64,000 nucleotides of DNA from Hypanus sabinus (lineage: Eukaryota): positions 30,132,001 through 30,196,000 of the forward strand of contig NC_082721.1 in the NCBI RefSeq assembly GCF_030144855.1, read 5' to 3'. This document shows positions 1 to 12,350 of the stretch, piece after piece. Under the pieces are notes generated by a model, which had not been told where the DNA came from, searched no databases, and saw only the letters and a list, made by a program, of their open reading frames with translations. Within the stretch, counting starts at the first letter, position 1; every line of letters begins with the position of its first letter. The position numbers and the translations under genes were made by a program.

Positions 1-629
1 AGAAACATATACAAATTAAATTAGTGCATAAAGAGAGCAAAAAGCAGAGAAGTAGTGTTCATGGGTTCATTGCTTGAACAATTACCATTATGTTTGTGCT
101 ACTTTGGGAAGAAACATGGTCACAAGTGGCGAAGATTTTGAATTACATAATTGCTTCGGGATATTTAACTTTTACAAGACATAGGTCAAATAGAAAATAT
201 GGAGAAGTATTCCTGATAATAGTGGATAGGATAAATGCAAAAGAGAAAAAAAATACAAGTTACAAAAAGACATAGAATCAGTTCACATGGAGCTAAGAAA
301 CATGAGACAATGAAGTATCAATGGATGGTGTTTCTGGCCTCCAAAGAGATCTGGAAATGTAATACAAACTATAAAACAAAATCAGGAGCAACTTAACAAA
401 GGTAATACCAAAAAATAATCAGAAACTTTGTATATATGCAGGACAAACTATATTGCAATAAGGTCAAGGAGTATATGAGATTTTGTTTTAACATCAACGT
501 GTTGAGACAATGAGAGATTAGGTTATTTTGCAATGAGAAAGAGTTAGTAAATAATCTTGTCATTGAGAGGTTTCAAGGGAAGAATAAGCATACTCTGATA
601 GATTTAAAGTGACTTCACTCACATTAGTT

Positions 630-1160
630 CTTTATTTTCTTAGAAGGTTGACAGAGATTCAGTGTGTCACCGAACGCTAACAAACTTCTACAGATGTTCT
701 GTTGAAATATCTTGACTGGTTGCATCATGGTCTAATACAGCAATTCAAAGGTGCAGAAATGCAAGAAATTGCATAAAGCAGTGAACTCAGCCCAATATCT
801 CATGGGTACAGCCCTCCCCACCATTAATACCTACACAAAGGCAACATCTGTCAAAGATCCCCACTATCTGGGTCATGTCATGCAAATTCCATCCGGCAGG
901 AGATACAGAAGTCTGAAATCCCACAGCAGCCGGTTCAAGAATAGCAACTTTCCCTCAACCATTCAATTCTTAAACCAACCCATCCCTAATTATAGAAAAC
1001 CTGATCACTTTTTTTCTGCTCTGTTCTTTCCTGTAAAAATTGTGTATACTTATGTTTTTCTTGTGAATGCTGGGTATATGATGCTATGTGCCCATGATAT
1101 GGCTGCAAGTTTATCACTGTACCTGTGCTTATGCATATGACAATAAACTTGGCTTTGTTG
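630..1160 (+). mobile_element. Rex1-type LINE 3' fragment
   Basis: PSGRRYRSLKSHSSRFKNS motif and AATAAA tail. Confidence 0.65.
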
Positions 1161-1559
1161 AAACTAGGATTTTAAAGCTAAACAATGGAAACCACAATGA
1201 TATGAGCTATGCTGCTTATGATTATTTGGGATGACAAAAAAAATAAACAAGCAATATTTTAAAAAATCAATAGTTTACAACAAATATATACTACTTCTAG
1301 ACACAAAAACTTAACAACAAAAAATAGAAACCAGAGAAAATTTACAGATGCTGGAAATCTGAGCAACACACACAAAATGGTGGAGGAACTCAGCAGGCCA
1401 GGAGACATCTATGGAAAAAAGTACACTCGACATTTCGGGCCAAAACCCTTCAATAAGAAAAATTAGCATCAGCTAAACTACAAGAGATGTTGAAAACACT
1501 ATTACCTCAAGGGAAATAATCTACAATGTAGCAAAAAAGATCTGTTAGCCTCAGGACAG

Positions 1560-4200
1560 GCAAATGTGGCAGGCATTCAAACCATAACAGACTACAAATC
1601 TACCTTCCACTCCACCTTCCCCAAGGAGAAGGCACTCTGGCCACAGCTGATGTGAGGAAGACTCTACCCAAGGTCGACCCACATAAAGCTGTGGGGTCTG
1701 ATAACATACCTAGTCAGGTGCTGAGAGACTCTGCAGTCCACTCTCCCCGCAGACTGCAATGCGGCCATCATCATCCCAACACAATAACCTGCCTCAATGA
1801 CTACATCCAATGGCACTGGCCTCAATCATAATGAAGTGCTTTGAGTGGCTGGTTATGGATTGCATTAAATCCCATTTTGCTGCTATTCTTTCCAATTTAC
1901 TTATTACTTAACTAGATCCACTGATGATGCCATAGCCCCTGCTCTCCACTCTGTCCTGTCCCACCTGGAAAATGGTGCCTCATATGCCAAGATGCTGTTT
2001 ATTGACTTCAGTTCAGCTTTTAATATCATCATCCTTCAGAAGCTGGTGGATAAATTGTGCTCACTATTTCCTAACAGCTCTCTCTGTAACCTGATCCTGG
2101 ACTTCTCGACAGAAATGCCAGTCAGTTCATGTTGATATAGAAGCATCACTAGCGCTATCTCTGGAAAGCTACCTAACGGGCAAAGTGGTAATTCCAGATC
2201 AATGAAGGATGCATAACAGCTGTGACAGGGCTCGAATGCTATCACCTTTTACAAAGTGATATCAAGTAACATAGCTGGACGACGCTGCTGTCTGCAACAG
2301 AGAAGTGTTGAAGGAGATGGGCAGTCTAACAGTGAGTGGTCAGCTTAGTTGCTTTTCTTGTAACAGCAGGACCTTTTGAACATTGATGTGGAATGCTGCA
2401 AGTCTGATTCACCGAGTAATTGGCAGACAATGGGGAGCTGTGTGGCCTCAGTTGTAGCAAGGACTAAGCCTCAAGCTGTGGTGTTGCCCGTTTTTGTATG
2501 ACTGTTGGTACTGTGTTTTGCACCTTGGCCACAGTGCAATGCTGTTTTATTTAGCTGTATTCATGGATATTTGTGTATGATTGAATGACATTTAAACTTG
2601 AACAGGCTTTGCTTCCAGATGAGCTCAATGCCTTTTATGCTCGCTTTAACCATCAAAATATGAAGGTACCATTATGAATTCCTACAGTCCCTGATGATTC
2701 TGTAATTTCAGTCTCTGAGGCTGATGTGAGCGTATCCTTCAGGAGGGTGAACCCATGGAGGGCATCTGGCCCAGATAGGGTACCTGGCCGAATACTAAAG
2801 CTGATCAACTGGCTGGAGTGTTCACTGAGATCTCTTAACTTCTCACTTAAGCAGTCTAAGGTACCCACCTGCTTTAAGCAGGCTTCAATTACACTGGTGC
2901 CCAAGAAGAACATGATAACCTATCTCAATGAATATCACCCAGCTGCACTCACAAGCACAGTGATGAAGTGTTTTGAGAGGTTGGTGATGAATATCATCTC
3001 CTGCTTGAGAAGCAACTTAGATCCACTCCAATTTGCCTACCGGCACAACAGATCTCATATCATTGGCTCTTCGCTCAGCCCAAGGCGTGTACTTAGCCCT
3101 CTGCTCTGTTCACATTACACTTATGACTGTGTGGCTAGACACAGCTGTAATATCATATTTAAATTTGCTAACGACACCACTGTCATTGGCCAAATCAAAG
3201 GTGGTGACAAATCAACCCACTTTAGATTGAAACTCTAACTGAGTGGCGCCTCAACAACTTACTCATAGTCAGCAGGACTAAGGAGCAGTATATTGACTTC
3301 AAGAAGAGACAACCAGAGGTCCATCAGCTAGTCCTCATTGGAGGAATCAGAGGTGGAGGGGGGAGGTGTCATTATTTCAGAGTACCTGTCCTGGGCCCAG
3401 CATGCAAGTGCAATTACAAAGAAAACACAGCAGTGTCTGCATTTCCTTAGAGTTTGCGTGATATCTATGACTTTGACTAACTTCTATAGATATGTGGTGG
3501 ACAGTATATTCACTGGCTGGATCACAGCCTGGTATGGAAAAACAAATACAACAGAAAATCCTATAAAAAGTAGTGCATACAGATCAGTTCACCACAGTAA
3601 AGCCCTGCACACCGTTGAGCACATTGACACAGAACAACGTCACAGGAAATCAGCATCCAACACCAGAGACTCACACCACCTAGGTCTTTCTTTCTTCTCA
3701 TTGCTGCTATTAGGAAGCAGATACAGGAGCCTCAGGACTCACACCACCAAGGCATCGGACCACAGGTTCCTACAAAGAATGCAAGGCCTGCTGAGAGTGT
3801 CTTCGGGGTCTCTTTTCCACCCAGTAGAGATATTTATCAGGAGCACTGTGTATACGGACCCTTAGCATTGTCAATGATCCTTCCCATCTGTTCACCAATC
3901 TCTGTGACCCCCTGCCATCAGGCAGGAGGTGCCGTAGCATTAGGACAAGAAATGGTAGGATGAGAAACAGCTTCTTCCCCCAGGCTACCATCCAGGTCTC
4001 ATCACGCATGAAGCGCCAGTAGCTTAATAATATTAACTTTTTAATTTATATGATATAGACACCTCATTAGTTAATTTATGGAAATATTAATTTATTTGTT
4101 ATTTGTGTGAGTTATAAGTACTATGTTGTGCACCTGGATTGTTTTGCTTGGTAGTACAGTATACATGTGTACGGCTGAATGACAATAAGCTGAATTTGAA
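1560..4200 (+). mobile_element. Cluster of Rex1/Babar-type LINE fragments
   Basis: KASGPD-like, ALTSTVMKCFERLV, LDPLQFAYR, KFANDTT and ITAWYG motifs in the ORF remnants. Confidence 0.75.
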
Positions 4201-4529
4201 CTTTGAATTTCTGCAATGGATCACTAAGAAATGGAGAAGGAAAAGTAGAATATACAAGTAATCCAGCAAAATAAAAGACTGGAAAAGCTTCCATACATGT
4301 ATAAAGGGGAAAGCAAGAGTTAAAATGGGTTTTCAAAGAAATAAAAGAGAATAAGGAAATGGCAGAAATTAAACATACTTTGCGTCTATTTTCACAGAAG
4401 ATACAAAGTGCTACTTGAAAATAGTAAAATTGTTAGAGTGAATGAGGGGTTAAAAGAATTTGCATTAATAACAAAAAGGGCTTTGCTAAAGTGGAAATTC
4501 TAGAAGAATGTAAGTATGATTGGACCCAC

Positions 4530-4652
4530 CTCGTACTCCAAGGATCACTCCTGAAGCACAACCTCCAATGAAATAATTCAATGGATCATCATTGGTTCCT
4601 CGAAAATGTGCACTTAGACAGGTTGTTATTCCAAAAATTGCACCAAGTGCAG
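4530..4652 (-). CDS. NDUFA11: NDUFA11 coding exon 3 (AALGAIFGITTCLSAHFRGTNDDPLNYFIGGCASGVILGVR); final exon not found in window
   Basis: Acceptor CTTTCAG, donor G|GTGGGT, 123 nt; DDPLNYFIGGCA is the NDUFA11 (Tim17-fold) signature. Confidence 0.95.
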
Positions 4653-5827
4653 CTGAAAGGCAAGCAAATGGATTTGGAGTTATTACATTCTGCTATAAAG
4701 AGCCTTTAAAATAAGAGAACTAACTAGGTGGCTAATTTTCCATTAAACAGCACTTCAGAAAAATAGCCAGATTGATGGCTATTAAGAAGATTGAGCTGGA
4801 TTCTTAACACACTGATTACACAAATTAAATTGCATCCTTGAAAATAGAAGCGTGTGTAAGGGAGTACAGGGCAAAATTGCATTATGATTACTCCTACCAT
4901 AATCATGGATGATTATATTTTTTTGCAAAGGAAATCTTCCTCAGGGTTTAACCTAATAATTCTTTTTAAATCTTTATTGGTTTACTAAGCAATTCAATAA
5001 TAGCACTTGATAGGCTTCATACTTTTTTTGCAACTTGCTCCAAATTTGACACTAATTAACATTCAACTAGACTTTTATGCAATAGTTTAATACTACATTA
5101 TTTAACTAGGCTATCAAAGTTGACAAAAGTGACATCTCCTCCTTAACTTCCAATTGTGGTCCTTAATGGCATCCAATTTCTCTCTAACATTTTGATTCAC
5201 ATCTCTTCCATTAAACATTTCTGCCTGACCCGTTTTTGAACTTCTTCAGTGCATAACCACTGAACTCTTTCTGTAGAACCATCTGCCTTCATCTCCTTAG
5301 CTCTCATGTCATAATTACTTATGATATTTTCCTGATATCCTGTTAATGTTTATCAGTAATTCACTGGCCTAAGTAATTAACAGCGCTTAAACCTAACCTT
5401 ACCTTCATCATGTCTGTATCACTATAAAAATTTACACCGATCTACAGAAACAAGCAGCCACATGCAATTTATAGTCCACATTCCAAGTGGACTACAAGTC
5501 AATATTACAAGTACAGTTTCTTTTAAAATCTTAACAGTTTAACTTCACATGGTAAACAATCCTTGGTACAGTAAAATTAGACTTTTATAATATAATAATG
5601 CCCTCATGAGTTCACAATGCACTTGGAATTCAAGCACCTTAAGAAACAGTATCTCATAGATTCATGCCCACCATCAGAACCACTTTCCCGAGGGTCATAG
5701 AACTCTAAAGTAAATACAAAACAGAAGTAATATATTATTGTTGTTTCTTGAGAAAGAATTTCCAACCTGAGCAAATATTCTTCTTGACAACTAATACTAG
5801 TGTATAGAAGGTCCAAAATGCCCTTAC

Positions 5828-5920
5828 CCATTGTCATGGTCCCATTGACTCCTCGTTGCACAGCTTCCATGGCATTTTTAGGTGGTATTGCAACAATATG
5901 ATAGGCAGAACCAACAAGAC
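5828..5920 (-). CDS. NDUFA11: NDUFA11 coding exon 2 (GLVGSAYHIVAIPPKNAMEAVQRGVNGTMTM)
   Basis: Acceptor TTTTATAG, donor G|GTAAGG, 93 nt, phase 1-1, in frame with exons 1 and 3. Confidence 0.92.
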
Positions 5921-6164
5921 CTATAAAAATAAATTAAGCAATAATCAAAAGTTTTTTTTATTGTAAGACTGCATAGGAGTTTCAAATCCACTGGAGCAGT
6001 TCTCAAAAAGTTGAATTAAAGTTGTTCACCAAATGCCAGAGAATTCAAATGTCACTCTTTGTCCGTGATAATATTCAAACAACGGTTTGTTTTATTTGTC
6101 CTTCAGATACAACTATTTGAATTGCCCACTGAATCCTTTCAAGGATAAAATAAAACCTAGAGAA

Positions 6165-7510
6165 TCAACACACACAAAATGCTGAGGGAACTTAGTAGGT
6201 CAGGCAGCATCTATGGAGGGAAAAGGGCAGTTGACATTTCAGGCCGAGACCCTTCATCAGGAATGGGCAGAAGCCAGAATAAAAGAGTAAGGGGAGGGGG
6301 AGCAATGCAAACTGGCAGATGATATGTTAATCCAGATAAAGGGGAAGGCATGAAGGTGGGGGTGGGGGCTAAAGGAATCTGATAGGAGAGGAAGTAGGCT
6401 ATGATACACAGGGAAGGTGGGGAACCAGAGAGTGGAAGATGATGGTGATAGGCAGGTCATGAGTGCAGAGAAGGGGAAGGAGAAGTGATAAAGGGGCCAG
6501 AAAGATAAAGGAAAACAGTAGGGGTGAGAACAGACAGGAGTCATTGCCGGATGTTAGAAATACTGATGTTGATGTCCTGGGGTTGAACAGTAATAAGCCA
6601 AAATAAGAGGAGCTGGGCTTCCTATCTGAGTCTGGCACAACACAGTAGAAGAGGTGGCCATGAAGACATCAGTGTGGGAATAGGAAGTGAAATTAAAGTG
6701 GCTGGCCACCAGGAGATCCTGGCTGTTGCAGCACATGGAGCAAAAGTGTGTGCTGCACTAGGAGTACAGGAATATAAATAATGTCAATGGATTCACATGT
6801 GAAGGACTGCCTCACCTGTTTAGGTGAGGAAGGACGTACAGAAGCAGGTCTAACACTTTATATGCTTGCAAATATGTGCCTGGAAGGGAGTGATGGGGTG
6901 GGACAAGCAGACAAGGGAGCTGCAGAGAGAGCAATCCTTGTGTAAAGCCGAGAGGACAATGGAGGGAAAGGAATGCTGGTGGTAGAATCCCGTTGGAGAT
7001 ACCAAAAGTTATGATGAATAATGTGTTGAATGGGGAAGCCTGTGGAGTAGTATGGGAGGACAAGAGCATCCTTATACCTGTTAATTCAAACCAGGTGCTG
7101 GCTGATGTGTGGGAAGTGGAGGAGATGCAGGTGAAGGCTACATTAATACCAGTGGAGTGAAAACCATTTTTTCTGAGAAAAGAGGGAATCTCGTACGTCC
7201 TGGAATGGAATGTCACATCATGAGAACAGATGCAATGGAGACAATGGAAAGAGAAAAGGCAATAGCATCCTTGCAAATGATAGGTCAAGGTAACTGTGGG
7301 TCAGTTTGCAAAATATGTCATTGGATAATCTGTCTCCTACAATCTATAGAATGCATGCCATCTAATCAAAAGTATAGGAGTGTGTTTGCTTTCTGTAACC
7401 AGCACACACCATTTCTCAGTTCATTCAGGGCTAATGAAACATTGACTATACTCTTTTCCATAGATGCTACCTGACCTGCTGAGTTTCTCCAGCATTTTGT
7501 GTGTGTTGGT
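6165..7510 (-). mobile_element. Degenerate Penelope-like element with inverted terminal-repeat ends, NDUFA11 intron 1
   Basis: Body homologous to 26192-27359; begins ACACACAAAATGCTG...CAGCATCTATGG, and the reverse complement of this occurs at about 7440-7508. Confidence 0.8.
6228..6265 (-). ncRNA. Hammerhead motif, core intact but helix I degenerate
   Basis: Minus strand reads CATTC-CTGATGA-AGGGTCTCGGCCT-GAAA-TGTC-AACTG. Confidence 0.5.
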
Positions 7511-8839
7511 TGGCAACAGATCTTATCCCTTTTGTATAGCTGGTTATAATTAAAACTGGTACGAAATGACAACTGTTAAACTGTGTACACTGCCAGACAC
7601 TGGTAAAACAAAGGCTTGAATCTGACCCCACTACCCCATCCAATTTCTGGACAGAGATATTGCTTCCACAAGATTCAACACCTCCTCCGCAAACTCAGTT
7701 TCTCACACTGCACCCTACTTTGCCCTATACCTCAGGGATTCAGTCTTTCGGAATGTTTCGAGTGAGATTGCAAATAAGATTTAAATTCTGAAGTTTGGAG
7801 CTATTGACTCATGCCCAATAGAGATTAACATCTTCATTGCAGGAAACTACCCCTGAAGCTTTGTTAGATTCCTTTTAACAGTCATAATACCAGAGTAAGA
7901 AGCTCAGGTAGCTGATGATGGTGAAAGTTAAGGAGATGTTACAGGATTGGATGCTCAGCAAGAAATGTTGACATCCATTATAAGTGAAGGAGGAATAACA
8001 GCTCAAACAGAATCAGTTCAAAAGAAGTAGTACAAATGCTTTGAAAATCATAAAATGTGAAATAAGTATTTGATAGGGTAGCAGAGATAAATGACTTGCT
8101 TTTCTTCAAATTAGTTCCATGGGATCTTTTAGGACCAGTTGGAAAGCAAATAAGCCTCATTTATCATCTTTTATTGGAAGATGGCACCATGCAGACACTG
8201 TGTTCCTTCTTATCTACACTAGATTACCAACCAAGATTTTTTGCACTGGAAATTTTTGCTTCCAGAATTGTGCAAAAAAAAACTGCCAAAAACTGACACG
8301 CAGTAGGCTGTTTAGAAAAAAAGTTACTATATATACACACACACACAGACACCATGGTTATATTCAATGCCAGAAAGCAGATTTGTTCACTATCACACTT
8401 GGACCTGTCAAATGAGTACAAAATCATCCTACTCTAGGAATTTGTTTCCCAGAAAAAGCTCAGGCATGCTCAATACACAAGAGATACTAAATGACATCCT
8501 TATTTGGAAAATAAAGCTAAAATTGTTTGTTTAAAAAAACAGGTAAAGAAAAAAATACAAAATGTTGGAAAGCAACATTCATGGAGGGGAAAAACATCAG
8601 CTCAATTAGCATTCATCAGAATTGGGTATAGTTAAAAGGGAAATTTTTAAGTGGCAAAGGATGTATAATGGCAGAATTGGAAATGAGAATAACAAATACA
8701 CGTGCTGAAAATCTGCAATAAAAACAGTAAATGCTGGAAACATTCAGACAGTAAGGTAGTTTCTGTGTAAAGAGAAATAGTTAACACTTTATGTCCTAGT
8801 TCCTTCAGTTGAATTATATCTGTCAACTCTGATGATGGC

Positions 8840-9412
8840 AAACACGAGGAAATCTGCAGGTGCTGGAAATTCAAGCAACACACACAAAATGCTGGTGGAA
8901 TGCAGCAGGCCAGGCAGCATCTATAGGGAGAAGCACTATCGACGTTTTGGGCCAAGACCATCAGGACTAACTGACAGAAAAGATAGTAAGAGATTTGAAA
9001 GTAGGAGGGGGAAATGCAAAATGATAGAAGACCTGAAGGGGACAGGTGAAGCTAAGAGCTGGAAAGGTGTTTGGCAAAAGGGATACAGAGCTGGAGAAGG
9101 GAAAGGATCATGGGACGGGAGACCTAGGAAGAAAGAAAGAGGGAGAGGAGCACCAGAGGGAGATGGAGAACAGGCAGAGTGATGAGCAGAGAGAAAAAAA
9201 AGGGGAGGGAGGAATTAAATAAATCAGGGATGGGGTAGGAAGGGCATTATCAGAAGTTAGAGAAGTCAATGTTCATGCCATCAGGTTGGACGCTACCCAG
9301 ACGGTATATGAGGTGCTGTTCCTCCAACCTCAGTGTGGCACATCCCATTCTCATTCTAATATGTCTATCTATGGCCTCCTCTACTGTCAAGATGAAGCCA
9401 CACTCAGGTGGA
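8840..9412 (-). mobile_element. Penelope-like fragment with an inverted segment, nested in an older PLE remnant (about 8690-10010)
   Basis: Same terminal repeat and purine-rich 3' region as the 26192 copy; 9340-9412 is the GIY-YIG 3' segment in the opposite orientation. Confidence 0.72.
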
Positions 9413-10332
9413 AAGAAATGGACAGCTTATACTTCTGGGTCAAACACCCTTCATCTTGACTGAAAGTGAAGGGAAAGGGTATAATATGAGCTGACAAGTA
9501 ATAGGTGGGTTGCAAATGAGGAGATCTGATAGGAAAGTGGAGCATGGAACCAAATAAAGGAATCGGGGTGAACACATAGGAAATGTGGAGGGAGGGATGT
9601 GTGAGTGATGTGCAAATCAAGTAACTGCAGGTCAGGAAAGAATAATGTGATCAGGCAGAGTTTGGGGCTTATATAGGAAGAACTAGGTAGAGCAGAAAGA
9701 TGAGGGAGAAAGGGGGGGGGGTTAGAAAATCCTGAAATTAGAGTATTTGATGTTCAGGCCGTCTGGCTGTAACTACCCAAGCAGAGCGAGGCGTCTTTCC
9801 TCTAGTTACATTTAGCTTTACCCTGGTAATGGAAGCGGTTGAGTACAGACAGGTTGGAGTGTGAAAGTGGAAAATGTCTTGTAACCAGGAGCTATGGATG
9901 ACTACTGGCAGACAGAACAGGGGCTCATCCTGATCTCAACAATACAGAATGCAATTTAAAAAAACGTTTGAGAGGGTGACTGGCTTGCTGAATGTTTCCA
10001 GCATTTACTGTTTTAGGGCAGAAAAGGTGGTAATGCGAACCCCTGTATAATCCCATTACAAAGTCCTATGGCCTTCTCCGTAAGGCTCTGCAATAATTTT
10101 CTTTATCGATTTATCCCATTTCCTTGAAGGTTACTACTGAATCGTCTCACTACGTCCTTTCAAATCAGTGGACTCCAGACCATAACTTGTTCTGGAAAAT
10201 AAATTCTCATCAGTCCTGCACTTTTCAGTCGTTCAAAGCTGCAGCCCTCCATCCCAATTCGGTGTGATTATCCATTGATTTTCCTCAGGCGGCCCCCAAG
10301 TTCAACGTGCCCCGAGTTAGAGCCACACCTAC

Positions 10333-10411
10333 CTAGGCCTGCCCCGAGCCGCGTCGTCTCCCAGGCTTTACTCGGACACTCATCCCCATCCTCCGAGTCC
10401 CAGTAACCCAT
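10333..10411 (-). CDS. NDUFA11: NADH dehydrogenase 1 alpha subcomplex subunit 11, coding exon 1 (MGYWDSEDGDECPSKAWETTRLGAGL)
   Basis: ATG at 10411 in Kozak context GGCGGCGATGG within a CpG-rich island; YWDxxDGxxC motif of NDUFA11; phase-1 donor G|GTAGGT at 10332. Confidence 0.93.
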
Positions 10412-10498
10412 CGCCGCCACCTTCAAGGACACCGTCACTGGGGAAACGACCCAGACACCGCGAGACCACGGTACCTCCGCGAGATCAGGTCGGGTGGA

Positions 10499-10508
10499 GC
10501 GCATGCGC
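10499..10508. promoter_or_regulatory. NRF1 palindrome GCGCATGCGC in the NDUFA11 CpG-island promoter
   Basis: Match to the NRF1 core about 90 bp upstream of the ATG; NRF1 is an established regulator of nuclear OXPHOS genes. Confidence 0.7.
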
Positions 10509-12034
10509 GGAGCCGTCCTGGCGCTTCGAGAGGATGTTGATCAGAACTAATATATGAAGTGAGTGTTAAGTTTTAGTACAAGGTAGATGCCCTTTGTCTT
10601 TCAAATAAGTGTTTCATAACAAGCAAACTTTGTGGATAATGAGACACAGGCGGACTGCGGCTGCTGGGATCTGGAGGAGCTCTGTGGGAGGGTGGGAACG
10701 AACGGTCAGTCGACGTTTGGGGTCGAGATCCAGGTGAAGGGTTTCGACCCCAGTCGTCGACTGAGCATTTCCCTCCACAAATGCTGCCTGGCCAGCTGAG
10801 TTCCTCCGGCGTCTTGTGAGGTGTGCATCGTCTTGACTGCTGCTTGTGTTGCCTACCTCAGTGTGCCAGTCGTGTCTCGCACTGGCTTTATTTGGGGATA
10901 ATGTCAATTCCAAAATAGTGGTGCGCAGGAATGCGTGTGGCAGATAAGAAATAAAAGCCTTTCGCACCTGTTGTGATACTCATTAAGACCATGCTTATTT
11001 TACCTCGGCTTTATTTTTCTGCACGGATCCACATCCCTTGATTTCGTGACATCTAAAATTTTCCGCTATTTGTTTTAGGTGTACTTAGTGACTTGGCTCT
11101 CAGAGCCATCTCTTGTAAAGAGTTTCAAAGATTCGCCATCCTCTCTTTGAAATTAAATCTTAGCTCCGATCTGAGTGACTGGCCCTTAATTTGAAAGTTT
11201 GATCCTCAGTTATACACACTCAAGCCAGACAGGGTAAGGTGTTGCTCCATAAAACCTGTGGAAAATGTACATTTCAGTCTTTTGTACTCAGGATAAAGTG
11301 GGCTGAGTTGGGTCTGAAATTGTACTATCCTAGAAATCAATTTGTTGAACCATTTGCTTCAGTTCCTTAATTGCAATTTTGTCATTCCTTGGTTGGGAAA
11401 AATAAACCTGTACACCATATTTGAGAAAGTGTTGCCAAGCCTTAAATAATTTCGGTGAAATGTCTTTACTGTTATATTGAAATCCTTTTTATAGCAAAGA
11501 CAGCATTTGCTCTCCAAATTGCCTTCTCTAGCCAACACATTACTTTGCAATGATTAGTGTGGTTATCTGGGCACTTCTGAACATTGAAATCTTTCCCCCT
11601 TTCTTTACTTAAGAAAAAATGTTGCTATTTTTTCTATCAAAGTGGATGACTTGGCATATTTCCATATTGTATTTCATCTCCTATGCCCCATAATTTGTTT
11701 CTCCCAAGGATTCATTTTCCTCCTAATTACTCATGCTGGTACCTAGCTTTGCATCATTGGCTTCATCATTGCATCCAGACCATTCTTATAGATCATAAAG
11801 AGTTAAAATTTGGCACTGATCCATCACAGGCTGCCAACCTGAAAATGATCTGTTCATTCCTAGTCTCCATTTTCTATTCAGTAAAGAGTTCCCCAATCTG
11901 AGGTTTCTAATTTAGTTTAATATCTCCTAATATGGTAGATCATCAAATGCTTTCTGAAAGTCCAATGGATCCAGGAGGTACATTGAAACCTCTTCCCCAA
12001 CCCCCACTGATTCTGCTAGTAAGTTCCTCCAAAC

Positions 12035-12350
12035 AGTGTGGAGCAGCAACTGCCTCACAAGTCCAGTAACTTGGGTTCAATCCTAACTTCTGGCTCTGTG
12101 TGGACATTGTATGTTCCCTCTGTAACTTTGTGGGTTTCTGCTGGGTGCTCCCATTTCCTGCCAGATCCCAAAGATGTGCAGGGTAATAGGTTAATTTATT
12201 ATTGTAAATTACCCTGTGTGTGTATGTGAGTAGCTAATGGGAATGTGTAGAGAATAAAGTGTAATTAGAGTATGGTTAGTGTAGTTTAGTGTTCAATGTC
12301 AGCCGTGACTTGGCCAATGGGCATTTTTCCATGCAGTATGAATCTACAAC
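12035..12350 (+). mobile_element. HE1/V-SINE-like tRNA-derived SINE (related copies at about 27600-27780, 31525-31750 and 58425-58650)
   Basis: TGCCTCAC...GGGTTCAATCC B-box; V-domain-like GTGGGTTTC...GGTGCTCC...CCCAAAGATGTG...AGGTTAATT...TGTAAATT. Confidence 0.65.

Noticed and set aside
1-4529. Final NDUFA11 exon
   Set aside because: No matching peptide found; the region is LINE debris, so the exon is probably left of the window.
10412-10504. 31-aa N-terminal extension of NDUFA11 from ATG 10504
   Set aside because: That ATG lies inside the NRF1 palindrome; ATG 10411 has a strong Kozak context and matches the family N-terminus.
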